Shown in pieces: positions 13,365 through 26,425 of a stretch of DNA of 64,000 nucleotides (the first letter of the stretch is position 1; each line of letters opens with the position of its first letter). Source of the stretch: Octopus sinensis. Its lineage: Eukaryota. The notes under the pieces were generated by a model. The model had not been told where the DNA came from. It made no database searches and saw only the letters and a list, made by a program, of their open reading frames with translations. The position numbers were made by a program, and so were the translations under genes. The stretch is taken from positions 91,760,001 through 91,824,000 of the forward strand of contig NC_043000.1 in assembly GCF_006345805.1 (NCBI RefSeq). The letters are read 5' to 3'.

Positions 13365-13782
13365 GCAGGAGTGGCTGTGTGGTAAGTAGCTTGCTTACCA
13401 ACCACATGGTTTCGGGTTCAGTCCCACTACGTGGCACCGTGGGCAAGTGTCTTCTACTGTAGCCTCGGCCCAACCAAAGCCTTGTGAGTGGATTTGGTAG
13501 ACGGAAACTGAAAGAAGCCCGTCGTATATACGTATATATATATATAGTATGTATGTGTGTGTATATGTTTGTGTGTCTGTGTTTGTCCCTCCAGCAGCAC
13601 TTGACAACCGATGCTGGTGTGCTTACGTCCCCGTAACTTAGCGGCTCGGCAAAAGAGAACGATAGAATAAGTACTAGGCTTACATGGAATAAGTCCTGGG
13701 GTCGATTTGCTCTACCAAAGGTGGTGCTCCAGCATGGCCGCAGTCAAAATGACTGAAACAAGTAAAAGAGTAAAAGAGTAAG
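13365..13782 (+). mobile_element. Full-length family B CORE-SINE (octopus OR-like)
   Basis: tRNA head GGAGTGGCTGTGTGGTAAG..GGTTCAGTCCC; CORE-like GTGGCACC.TGGGCAAGTGTCTTCTACT; internal (TA/TG)n; GTAAAAGA tail repeats. Confidence 0.88.
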
Positions 13783-14245
13783 AATATAAAAAGTCAATGC
13801 CGGCGATTGAAGCAAACGACAATAAACTTCCCTTTCATACATCATAACAGAAATTACAAAATATTTTTTTCTAATTCTTTAAAATCTTCATTATATCTAA
13901 TTGCTATCACAAGTTATTGCTTCAAAACCTATTGAATTTAAAAACATCTCATAATGTAATATTGCAATGAAATTTATCAAACATTTGAACTTCCATCATA
14001 GTATTATTATTATTGCTATGAAATCTATAAAACATTTGATTTTTGAGCAAATTTTATTACTTTGGAATTTTTTTACTGTTATATTTACCGTTGAAAAACC
14101 CAAAATTAACAAATTTAAAAAAAGCTAAAAGAAATATTCTTTTTAAGACTCAGGTGCATATTGAAACCATTAAACAATCCTCCTATATCCATACTCGTGA
14201 GAATGTAAACCTCTTTCTTATATATACATATACGTATATACAAAC

Positions 14246-14278
<33 letters not shown>

Positions 14279-14569
14279 GATATATATATATATATGCATA
14301 CATAATATATATACACATATATATATATATGCATACATATATATAATATATATATATGCATACATATATATATATATATATATATATGCATACATGTTAT
14401 ATATATATATGCATACATATATATATACTATATAATATATATATATATATATAGATATATATATATGTATGGTATGTATATATATGTATATATATGTATG
14501 TATATGTATATGTATATATGTTATATATGATATATGTATATAATATATATATTACACATATTACATATT

Positions 14570-14699
14570 CTTAGCGGTTCGGCAAAAGAGACCGATAGAA
14601 TAAGTACTGGGCTTACAAAGAATAAGTCCCGGCGTCGATTTGCTCGACTAAAGGCGGTGCTCCAGCAAATTACTGAAACAAGTAAAAGAGAAAAAAGAG
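14570..14699 (+). mobile_element. Family B SINE 3' fragment
   Basis: CTTAGCGGTTCGGCAAAAGAGACCGATAGAATAAGTACT.. Confidence 0.85.
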
Positions 14700-14767
<68 letters not shown>

Positions 14768-15051
14768 ACAACAAAAAATTTATATCTTGAACATAGATTT
14801 ACCCAAAGTTTCGCATCCACAAAGCAAAGACTTGTAGACAGCTCGTCAGACTCAATGTAAATACAAAATTTAAAATATCTACGGCACAGACGTGAGGAGA
14901 TGCTCAGAACTCAAGGAATACGTCTTAACAAAACAAAAAAAAAAACGTTAATGAAGACGGGTTATGTATATTTTGCGAACACAAGTCCACTCGTGACGGG
15001 CTTATCCAGTTTCTGTGTACCAAATGCAATTACAAGGTCAAAGAAAAAAGA

Positions 15052-15140
15052 TACTTGCTCAAGGTTCCGCACAGTGTGGCTGAACACAAGAATACAATGT
15101 TGGGAAGCAAGCTTCTCAACCATATAGCCAAGCCTGTGTC
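15052..15140 (-). mobile_element. Family B SINE head fragment
   Basis: Reverse of the tRNA head plus CORE start. Confidence 0.6.
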
Positions 15141-15217
15141 TATGTATGTATGTAGTATGTATGTATGTATGTATGTATGTATGTATGTATGTATGTATGT
15201 ATGTATGTATGTATGTA

Positions 15218-15248
<31 letters not shown>

Positions 15249-16676
15249 ATGTATGTATGTATGTGTCTATCTATCTATCTGCCTCTGTATGTTTCTATAC
15301 ATATACATACATATACATACACACACACACACATATATATTAGGCGATGATAGACAAATACTCACATCATTCAGCATACATATAACGAACTTCACGACTG
15401 ATGGGACGTCATCACATCACTTTCCTAGTTTTTAATTTTACATTTTTAACTAGAGGGTATTTCTTTTACCTGTTTCCCATTCGTCTCCTTTTTTTACTCG
15501 TTTTTTTTTTTTTTTTTTCCAGAACCATATTGCTACCAACATAATGAGGTCAATGATGGTTTTTACATTTTAGGATTTTGATGTTGGTATTTCTTTTTTT
15601 TATATATATTCATCATTTGTTTGTTTATTTTTTTTAGACGCTTGCTGTTTACCATCCTAAATTATTCAACAAAATAAATATCAAAAGTTGAGCCATAATA
15701 TTAACATAAGATAAACATAAACATAAACAGCATGAAGAAATAGTTAAGTTCACTTCACATCTTGAGGTTTTAAGTCCTTTTCTCACTACGCGGCATTATG
15801 GACTTATGTCTTTTACTATCGCCTCGAGTTAACTTAAATCTTGTTTGTGAAATCGGACTGACTGAATCTGAGGAAGACCATAGCAGGAAATGTTCTTGAA
15901 GTACAATCTTCTCACACAGTGTCATTGTGAGAATACCTGACGATGACATTAAGTGTTTAACTTAATGTAGAGTGTTCAACTACATACACTGTATAAAATG
16001 ATTTAATCCTTCAACTGACGGAAGATTTAGACCACTTCGTAACAAAGTTTTGGTGGGTAATTGAATATTGCGCGTAAAACCAGGTTACCATCATAACTTT
16101 TCAATGAATCTGTTGTTACCCCTGTTGACTGCTCCTTTCAGCTTTAAAAGTCACTAAGGGTTCCTGGGGGTGTTTGTGTGCCAACGTTGCTGGCCTATAT
16201 CATGGAATAGTTAACAGAAAAATTCGTGTTGTAATTTCACAACACCGCGTAAGCATTTGAACATAATTTATTGTGTATGAAAATATGTTTATGCATTACA
16301 ATTAATATATAGAAGCAGTAAGGTGGAAATAAGATTATATGATAAGCAAGGAAAACGTCTGTTCGAAGTTCAACAATCGGGCTGGTTTTTCATATATTAA
16401 GCAAATGTACAGATGTCATGCCATATCTGCTTCTTTGATATCTTCGTTTAAATATGCAACCGTTAAAACAGCTCGACCTAAGACACTCTAAAACTGGTGA
16501 AAGTGGAGAAAGTCATGCCAGCTCGGAGGTCTGCGACACTCTGCAAAATTGGCATCTTTCGGAATTTCCTGGTGGGCTACAGAACTATCACGTGGAAAAC
16601 ATCCGTTGATTAGTCTAGATCAGAAGTGCACTCATGATCAAACTATGATTGAATTGTGAACAGAAATTTTTATTAA

Positions 16677-16907
16677 GGCGGCGAGCTGGCAGAACTGTTA
16701 GCACGCAGGGCGAAATGCTTAGCAGTATTTCGACTGCCGCTACGTTCTGTGTTCGAATTCCGCCGAGGTCGACTTAGCCTTTCATCTTTTCGGGGTCGAT
16801 TAAATAAGTACCATTTACGCACTGAGAACGATATAATCGACTTAATCCGTTTGTCTGTCCTTGTTTGTCCCCTCTATGCGTAGCCCCATGTGGGCAATAA
16901 AGAAATA
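16677..16907 (+). mobile_element. Full-length family A SINE
   Basis: Matches the other family A copies. Confidence 0.9.
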
Positions 16908-18117
16908 AGAAATTTTGATGAGGTAAAATGCGAGTTCCAATCCATGCTTACAACCTTGTCAAATCCGATACAAAAACCATCATTATAATAATTTACGGCT
17001 TTATTATTATTAAACATCGAAGCTGTCAAATGGATAAAATTCTTCGGACATTGGGAAAAAACCATGCAATAAGAAGACCAAATTAAGTCGAAATGCTATA
17101 TTTGGTGATCTCTCAGCGTTCTCAGTGAAATGTGCTTTCTGAAAAGATCCTCCTGAAACAAAATGCTACAGATAGTGCCGGTCCACATTTGTGTATACAT
17201 TATAAACTGTATAGACATCGGTGTTTTAATGTAATCTAAGACTGTTTCAAACGCCTCTATTTAATTCTAGTCTTTCAAAGAAATCAGTAAAACGTTGTTT
17301 ATTGATTTCTATATCGGAGCAAGCCTTGTTTCGTTTCGCTCAGAACATCTGAAATATTCGTCACTGAAGAGAGCACATCAATTCGAAAACTGCGTCCAGT
17401 GATTCACCGGCGTTCTGAGCGAAGCCTTGAATTTTTAACAGAAGGCTCATTGAGAAGTTTGCACATCATGTTATACGCACAGGTATTTTCATCAAAAGCT
17501 GATTCAAATGCGTACACTTACACGCGCACATATATATATATATATGCATATTTGTGTATGTGTCTGTGAGTGCTCGTGTGTGAATGTGCATGCGTGTATG
17601 TCTGTTCTGTTATTGTTTCTGTATATGAATAAGGCGTTTCTTCCTGTCGTATGCGGAATATCTTTTTCTGCATAGTTGTGAGTACATGCATATATGTGTG
17701 TGTATGCGTGCAATATATGTTTATGTACGCAAGTATGTAAATGATATATTAAGCGTGCGTTAGGAAAGTACATAAGAGTGAGAAAGAGAAAGAGTGTGAG
17801 TGTGTACGTGTGTGTGCGTGTGTGTGTGTATTTGTGCGGGATGTGTAAGAGAAAGTAAGTTGCCCTATGTGCATAAATATATATATATATATATAAATAC
17901 ATACATACACACATACATACATACATACATACAACATACATACATACATACATACATACATACATACACACACTGATATGTATTTTTACACACCTAGACA
18001 CACGCACACATACATGTGTGTTTCTTCAAACGTGAATGTGAATATATAATTGCTTGGAATTCTGTATTTGTATGTATATATGCATACTCCAGAGAGAGAG
18101 AGAGAGAAATTGATAGA

Positions 18118-18175
<58 letters not shown>

Positions 18176-18874
18176 GGGAGAGAAAACAGTTTAGTAAATA
18201 ATTAAATAGTCTTAAAACAATTTAACGAACAATACATAAAATTATACACAAAAGACAAAAAATATTAATAACAGAAAATAATTTTTGTTGAAATATCAAA
18301 AAATACCTCAAACGTCACAAGAGAATAAACAATAATTTAAAAACATTAAAAAGAAACTATTAAAACTACAATTGAATTTCTTTTAATTCATCTGCAAAGA
18401 AGAGTTAAACTCATGGTGAAAACACCATGCACCTGGACATATTGACACAAGCATATACGAATGCATATATATGTATACATATGCATACACTCAAAACATT
18501 AATATATGTATGCGTGTATGTGTAGTCATAGGTATATGTGTGTATATGTGTATGCATATGTGTTTATATGTGAATACATACATATATAAAAGTAAATTTA
18601 GATACATCTATATGCATATATATGCAACTATGTTCGATATACATATAACCGTACATATATACACGCACACACACACATATATATATATACATATGAATAT
18701 ATACATAAACATACATATATGCATATACTTTTACATATATACATATGCATGTATAAATATGTATATATATATATATTATATATTATTACTATACAATACA
18801 CACACACATATGCATATATACATAAACATACACACATATATATATATATACTTTTACATATATACATATGCATG

Positions 18875-18905
<31 letters not shown>

Positions 18906-18961
18906 TATATATATTATATTACACAACACACACACACACACACAAAATATATTATAATATA

Positions 18962-18992
<31 letters not shown>

Positions 18993-19191
18993 ACATACAA
19001 CAATGTAGAAATGCATAATACACAACTGGCAGAGAAAATTAAAGTTTTAAAAAGAAAACACGAAACAACCAAATATAGAGCGAAGAATTTTTTTCCATCA
19101 AGAATTTATCTTCACACATATCAACTGGTCTGTGAGTTTGGTGTCTGAAATTATTTTCTTTTTTTCGCTAATTTTTTTTTACATTTCTTAC

Positions 19192-19361
19192 CTTGAAGTC
19201 ATTAATCTCACCTGGCATCAAATTTACCAAAATTCTTCATTGAGATTTGCTGCTAAAATGCCTTTACACTTTTCATTTTGAAATCTGTCGTATACCACAA
19301 AAAATGGTGAAAGCCGTAACATTTGAGACGTTGGCATTAAAATTGTGTTAGTAGTTTAAAC
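19192..19361 (-). other. Candidate exon (170 nt)
   Basis: Acceptor aattttacag|G, donor AAG|gtaaga; last 27 nt encode MPGEINDFK. Confidence 0.2.
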
Positions 19362-19526
19362 CTGTAAAATTCTTTAAAGTGTAATCTAAGTGGTTTTGGG
19401 TGGTATGGGGGTAGTACGATGTGAGAAATAGGGAATGATAATGCGATGCGTTGAAATTGTATGTATGTGCATGTGCATTTTAATATGTGGGCATATAAAC
19501 ACATATGCACACATACATCTGTTTTC

Positions 19527-19889
19527 ATCTTTTACTTGTTTCAGTCATTTGACTGCGGCCACGCTGGAGCACCGCCTCTAGTCGAGCAAATCGACCCCAG
19601 GACTTATTCTTTGTGTTATGTCGCACGCTCGGATGCCTCCACAACTCAAATTTATTACACTGCTACTCGACGTCTACTCTCACCGTTACTCAACTGTTCT
19701 CTCCTGACGTCTCGGCTTCTCCCTATATATCTACACATTGGGCTAGCCTACTTCAACGTCTGGGAGAGTCCACACAACGCTTTGTAAGTCTAGTACTAAT
19801 TCTATCGGTCTCTTTTGCCGAACCGCTAAGTTACAGAGACGTAAATACACCAGCATCAGTTGTCAAGCGATGCTGGGGGACAAACATAG

Positions 19890-19924
<35 letters not shown>

Positions 19925-20094
19925 CATATATACGACAGGCTTCTTTCAGTTTCTGTCTACCAAATCTACTCACAAGGCTTTGGTCGGCCCGAGGCTATAG
20001 TAGAAGACACTTGCCCAAGGTGCCACACATTGGGACTGAACCCGGAACCATGTGGCTGGTAAGCAAGCTACTTTCCACACAGCCAATCCTGTGC
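19527..20094 (-). mobile_element. Full-length family B CORE-SINE interrupted by a solo-LTR-like insertion
   Basis: Family B sequence on both sides of the 19614-19779 insert. Confidence 0.88.
19614..19779. mobile_element. 166-bp solo-LTR-like element
   Basis: Begins TGTTATG, ends ACAACG (CA>CG); 5-bp TSD CTTTG; homologous to 27550-27684. Confidence 0.7.
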
Positions 20095-20214
20095 CTATGC
20101 ACGAACACAAATTTGAGTCTGTTCCCAAGCATGCAATATGTGTCTGCGCATGTGTATGATGGAATCTCCTGTCGAAGCAACGTATGAGTGTTCAGTTTTT
20201 GCTGAACTCCCTGC

Positions 20215-20452
20215 ACAAATGATTTGTTCGAAATGAGCAAATGTATGTGCCGTACATTAGCTCTACTCCCTCCATCAAATCGACGTGGTCTGAACAGGTG
20301 CGCAGTGTACTATACGTTAGGTGTTGAAGTGATCGCGGGGCAACGTGAGATGAAGTGTTTTGCTCAGGAACACAACGCACTACCTGCTCCAGGAATTGAA
20401 ATAACGATCTCGTGACCTTGAGTGCAGTACCATAACAACTAAGCCATGTGCC
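20215..20452 (-). mobile_element. SINE family D
   Basis: Reverse strand has tRNA-like head GGCACATGGCTTAGTTG..TTCAATTCC and TGTGTTCCTGAGCAAAACACTTCAT. Confidence 0.65.
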
Positions 20453-20517
20453 CCCCTCCCACATATACATCTATCTCTATGTATATATGTATATAGATAT
20501 AGATATATATGTTGTAT

Positions 20518-20574
<57 letters not shown>

Positions 20575-21108
20575 ATATATATATATATATATAAAATAAA
20601 TAACAATAGGGTAATAAGAAATCATTATTACCAGTGGCCTAGCACAAAAACGAATTAGTCATTGGACTATATATTATTCACATAGAAATACAATAAGAGG
20701 CTTCCAAATAGGAAAGCCTTGTGCTAGAAAGAGCAGTAGAAAACTCAAAACCACCAAATAAGGATAAATTTTCGAAAGGAATGAAAATTAAAAACGTTTA
20801 CCATCTCAATTACTTCCCAGACCATGGTTTCTAACTATTTCCAGCCCAAAAGATATTTGCTGAAGGCCAGTTTCATCAGTGGGACAGCCTTTCGATTTCA
20901 AATACACAACACAGCCAGATCCACATGTAAAACTAACTGCTTGTATATTCTAACTTTTCAGACCACTGCGCAGACGCAGATTATACCCGGCGACAGAGAG
21001 GATGCCGGTAAAAATTTCGAACAAATTTATCAGAGAATATTTAAACATAAATATTTAAACATATTTGGAAGCTTCTATGTATTTCTCTCTCTCTTCTCTC
21101 TCTCTCTT

Positions 21109-21180
<72 letters not shown>

Positions 21181-21746
21181 TGTGTGTGTGTGTGTAAGTG
21201 ATTATGTTTCATCAAATACGCGATTGTGTTCAAGTCTTATCATTTTTATTTTAGATTTCTAGTGCTTTCGTATTAATTTTTTTTAGAAATATTTGAGAAC
21301 AACAGAATTCCTAAACTCATATTCGACCTTTTCCAGACCTGTAGTTTTATTTTCAAGAATTGAATAGAATGTTTGATATACACTTTTGACTTACATACTG
21401 TTTGCAAACTGTCAAAAAACATTTTCTGCCAAAGTATTTTTTTTACCATTTTGCTTGTGTCAACAGTCCCATAATAATTTATTTTGTTGTGGTCAAATTT
21501 TTGTTTATATGTAAGTATCTCTCCGAGTTAATTCATTATCATCATCATCATCATCATCATATCATTATGATTATTAGCTATTTTGTAGGTTTCCTCACCG
21601 GAAATACTAAAGGTGAATATATATTTTATAAAATTCCACACAAAAATAAAAGTCAGTTATGCTCATATGGCAACACAATGCGAAAATGAACACGCTGAAA
21701 CACATATCGAAAAATGAATGCATGAGTACTGATATAAAAATTATGA

Positions 21747-22326
21747 AAGGCGGCTAGCTGGCAGAAACGTTAGCACGCCGGGCGAAATGCTAAGCGGTAT
21801 TTCGTCTGCCATTACGTTCTGAGTTCAAATTCCGCCGAGGTCGACTTTGCCTTTCATCCTTTCGGGGTCGATAAATTGAGTACCAGTTACGCACTGGGGT
21901 CGATGTAATCGACTTAATCCATTTGTCTGTCCTTGTTTGTCCTCTCCGTGTTTAGCCCCTTGTGGGTAGTAAAGAAATAAGTATTTCGTCTGCCGCTACG
22001 TTCTGAGTTCAAATTCTGCCGAGGTCGACTTTGTCTTTCATCCTTTCGGGGTCGATTAAATAAGTACCAGTTACGCACTGGGTCGGTATAATCGACTTAA
22101 TCCGTTTGTCTGTCCTTGTTTGTCCTCTCTGTGTTTAGCCCCTTGTGGGTAGTAAAGAAATAGGTTTTTCGTCTGCCGTTACGTTCTGAGTTCCAATTCC
22201 GCCGAAGTCGACTTTGCCTTTCATATTTTCGGAGTCGATAAATTAAATGCCATTTGCGTACTGGGGTCGATCTAATCGACTGGCCCCCTCCCCCAAAATT
22301 TCGGGCCTTGTGCCTAGAGTAGAAAA
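21747..22326 (+). mobile_element. Family A SINE trimer with 16-bp TSD
   Basis: One head plus three B-box/Nin units; GATATAAAAATTATGA at 21731-21746 and 22327-22342. Confidence 0.92.
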
Positions 22327-22373
22327 GATATAAAAATTATGAGCCTAGCTCTCAAAATTTGAACGTACCCAGA

Positions 22374-22435
<62 letters not shown>

Positions 22436-22974
22436 GTGTGTGTAGATGCGGTTTTGTATATCATAGGAGGATCAGATACTTGATACTTATAAATTCAATA
22501 GAAATAATGAAAGCATCTAAACTAAACATGATATCTATGAAAATAAAGGTGACATAAATACCTGCTACATTGGTTAAAAAGTCAACTAGTTTATCACATC
22601 TTCGTTGATTAAACCTCTGTGTTTTCCATATTGCATTATATCTTTTCTCAATCTTTACTGTTTGTTTATGCTCCATCGCTTTGCAAAACACGTTCGAGAC
22701 TTGCTATATTTGTGTATATTTTTTTTAGTTTTATTTGCTTCAAAATGCAGGGTTTTTATTATTTTGAAAAGTATAATACTTATTAAAATAACATCTTGGC
22801 CAAAGGCCAAACATATATTGTAAGGCGTGTTTTATTATCACTTAGATCTGCTTCAGTATTTAAATACCTTGCCAGATTGACGAGAGAGTTATAATTTGAA
22901 GTAGGAATATTAACAGTTGTTTGTATTGACAGTGGATTTCCAAAATTCACCGCCACCCTATATTAGATATTATA

Positions 22975-23210
22975 TATTTCTTTACTACCCACAAGGGGCT
23001 AAACACAGAGGGGACAAACAAGGACAGACAAAGGGATTAAGTCTATTATATCGACCCCAGTGCGTAACTGGTACTTAATTTATCGACCCCGAAAGGATGA
23101 AAGGCAAATTCGACCTCGGCGGAATTTGAACTCGGAATGTAACGACAGACAAAATACGGCTACGCATTTCGCCCGGCGTGCTAACGTTTCTGCCAGCTCG
23201 CCGCCTTAAA
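22975..23210 (-). mobile_element. Full-length family A SINE with 16-bp TSD
   Basis: TATATTAGATATTATA at 22959-22974 and 23211-23226. Confidence 0.92.
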
Positions 23211-23788
23211 TATATTAGATATTATAAATAGTAAGCACCCGTTTGGGACAGTAAAGCTACCCTTGTCCTGTGATGGGTCTCAAAACAAGCACCTATCTTT
23301 TCTGTGCTAATGGCTTACCGTTCGGTTTACAAAGCTCCAGCTATTCTATTATAATGACGTAACTAGACACTATAATTTCTGCTTTTTAAAGTGAAATTGA
23401 AGAGGCATAAACAGAAATTCTTTTAAGAGGATGGTTTCTATTCTTATGTAGGATATGCAACTAGATACTCACTAATAACACTACCTGGCTCTTTGGGTAT
23501 CTTTATTGCTGTCTAATATGTTACAATAATTTGAACCAGGTCTTCAGACAGACTAAGTGACATCTTCAAAGTGTCCCACGAATGTTAGTCTCTGAAAATA
23601 TAATGATTGCGGTATTTTTTCCTCTTTAAAGTCACTTACAATAGAAAAATAAACTGTAGTATTTCATCTCCAAATGAAAAATGTTAATACTTAATACTAA
23701 CTGATTAGGCTAATCTAGTAATCCACTTTGGTAGTATTATTATAGTGGATAAAAGTTATAGAATACTGGGTAAAATAACATGCAGTGC

Positions 23789-24019
23789 TTACTCTCTTTT
23801 ACCATTTTACTTGTTTCAGTAATTTGACTGTGGCCATGCTTGAGCATCGCATTTAGTCGAGCAAATCGACCCCAGGACTTATTCGTTGTAAGCCTAGTAC
23901 TTATTCTATCGGTCTCTTTTGCCGAACCGCTGAGTGACGGGGACGTAAACACACCAGCATCGATTGTCAAGCGATGTTGGGGAGACAAACATAGACACAC
24001 AAACATATACACACTCATA

Positions 24020-24086
<67 letters not shown>

Positions 24087-24179
24087 GACAGGCTTCTTTC
24101 AGTTTCCGTCTACCAAATCCACTCACAAGGCTTTGGTCGGTCCGAGAGGCTATAGTAGAAGACACTTGCCCAAGGTGCC
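23789..24179 (-). mobile_element. Family B CORE-SINE lacking the tRNA head
   Basis: Near-consensus body and tail. Confidence 0.88.
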
Positions 24180-24479
24180 TGGCAATAATACTATTTTCTA
24201 CTAAGAGTCCAAAAGCTGCTGGTTTCGAATTTAAATTTTTTCTCTTTGGAAAGGATAATAAAATCGAATGTCATTCATTAGAGCCGACAATTTTTTGTTT
24301 TGTGCCAATATAATAAATAGATATCGAAACTAAAGTGCAAGTGTAACTGAACAGAAAAAATGAAAAATTCTCAGAAATTATTTTGTGATCAATGAATAGA
24401 AGAATACCAAGAAAATAGCAGAAAAAAAAAATGATGATAATGGTTTCAAAGTTTGACAGAAAGCCAGCAATTTCGAGGA

Positions 24480-24658
24480 AGTGGGATAGTCGATTTCATC
24501 GACCTCAAGGCTCAAACTGATATTTATTTTATCGACCTCGAAAGAGTGAAAAGCAAAGTCGACTTCGGTGGAATTTGAACTCATGTTGTAAGGACGGTCG
24601 AAATGCCATTACGTATTTTGTCTTACGTGCTAACGATTCTCTCAGTTTGCAGCCTTAA
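24480..24658 (-). mobile_element. Diverged family A SINE
   Basis: AAAGTCGACTTCGGTGGAATTTGAACTC. Confidence 0.7.
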
Positions 24659-24659
24659 C

Positions 24660-24815
<156 letters not shown>

Positions 24816-24821
24816 ATAAAT

Positions 24822-25875
24822 GGTAAGAAAAACCTCCCAATAGCACATACCCAAAGAGAGCTAATAAGGTCGATGTTGACTAAGTGTTTCTCCATCAATG
24901 GTTAGTGTCTTCTGGCTTAAAATCAGAGACAGAAGGGCTTATCATAGCAGCCCAAGATCGATGCCTACCTACAAGAAGCTTCCAGGCCAACATCTTTAAG
25001 AACGGTAGCAACCCAACATGTTGTGTATGTAAACAACAAAATGAAACCATTGATCATGCCTCCATGTGCAGTCTTCTTGCTCCTACAGAGTATCTTAACA
25101 GGCATAATAGAGCAGCACAATATATCACTGGGTAATTTGCAAAAACTTGTACCTACCCCATGATAAAAACTGTTGGGAACACAAACCACCGCCAGTGCTT
25201 GAAAATCACATCTCACTCCTTTGGAACTTCACCATTCAAACTGACAAAAAGATAGATGCAGATAGCCCAGACATTATATTAAAGGATTTCAAACAAAAAT
25301 CATGCCTCCTCATCGATATGACTGTTCCAATAGTCATGTATCTGTGAAGACCAACCAAAAATTGAACAAGTATAAAGATCTTGAAATAGAAATTAGCAAA
25401 TTGTGTAACTTCAAGACTAAAAAAATACCTGTTGACACAGGTGCCTTAGGAATGGTAGCAAAAGGGGCTGATTGCTACCTAGCTCAGATACCAGGAAATT
25501 CAAAAATTGAAAGAAATTCAAAATATAGTGCTCATGGGAACCGCCCAAATCCTACACAAAATATTGCTTATGTAATCGCAAAAGGATTTTAATCTGTAAA
25601 CAGTGTCAAAATACTTTTATATGTACATAACAACAAATACCTGTTACTGTCATCTTGATATCAGACTATCATCTTATAATCAAATCACTTTTAAAACAAA
25701 CTTCTAATTTTCTTATGTTTTGACAGACATTCTCTAGAACAATACTCTATGCAATACCAAATATATGGCACCCTAGTCATAACACCAACTTGAACTTCTA
25801 ACTTGTTGTCTCTTGAGGTCCCTGGGTGAAACTTGGAGTCAACTTGTACAAATACAAAGCAAAAGCCAACATATA
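24822..25875 (+). mobile_element. 5'-truncated R4/Dong-clade non-LTR retrotransposon (C-terminal Zn-knuckle plus restriction-like endonuclease), pseudogenised
   Basis: Frameshifted ORFs give HQWL..LKSETEGLIIAAQD, CxxC..ETIDH, RHN, LLWNFTIQTD, PDI..IDMTVP, KLNKYKDL, GALG; 3' UTR ends in trinucleotide repeats. Confidence 0.85.
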
Positions 25876-25882
25876 ATACTAA

Positions 25883-25914
<32 letters not shown>

Positions 25915-25953
25915 ATACTACTACTACTACTACTAATACTACTACTACTGATG

Positions 25954-25995
<42 letters not shown>

Positions 25996-26017
25996 CGACG
26001 ACAATAATAATAACAAT

Positions 26018-26140
26018 AATAATAACAGCCCTGATACAGTACCAGGCACTGGCTCTCATGGCTTCTGATCTTAACTGATTGGAAGTGCTATCATGTACAT
26101 GTTTTGTCTTGGTATAAAAGATAGCTACAGCGAATATTCT
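26018..26140 (+). mobile_element. Partial copy of the (TAA)n-embedded element E (strand arbitrary)
   Basis: About 90% similar by eye to 26546-26660. Confidence 0.7.
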
Positions 26141-26288
26141 ACATTATTTATATTATTTACATTTGACGGATATTTGTCCTCATCTTATTTGTTGTAAACA
26201 CAACGTTTCGGCAGATATATCCTCCAGCCTTCATCAGGTGTCTTGGGGAAATTTTGAACCTGGGTTCTCATTCCTAAGGTATTTTCAA

Positions 26289-26351
<63 letters not shown>

Positions 26352-26424
26352 GGTCACTGCCTGGAATCGAACTCGGAAACTTGGGGTTAGTAGCCCGCGC
26401 TATTAACCACTGCGCCATATGCCC
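26140..26424 (-). mobile_element. tRNA-headed, hammerhead-tailed short retroelement (SINE-like, PLE-type 3' end)
   Basis: Minus strand: A-box TGGCGCAGTGG, B-box GAGTTCGATTCC, (AAT)n, then the hammerhead at 26243-26196. Confidence 0.6.
26196..26243 (-). ncRNA. Minimal type I hammerhead ribozyme (Penelope pLTR style)
   Basis: AGACAC-CUGAUGA-A-GGC[..]GCC-GAAA-CGUU-GUGUUU: intact core, 6-bp stem I (one G-U), palindromic ACGU in place of stem III. Confidence 0.8.
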
Positions 26425-26425
26425 A

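Noticed and set aside
21747-22326. CRISPR-like repeat/spacer periodicity
   Set aside because: The units are ~180-bp SINE modules with no unique spacers; eukaryotic context and no cas genes.
26351-26424. Possible genuine tRNA gene
   Set aside because: A and B boxes are present but there is no proper acceptor stem or T-run terminator, and it is fused to repeat sequence; treated as a SINE head.
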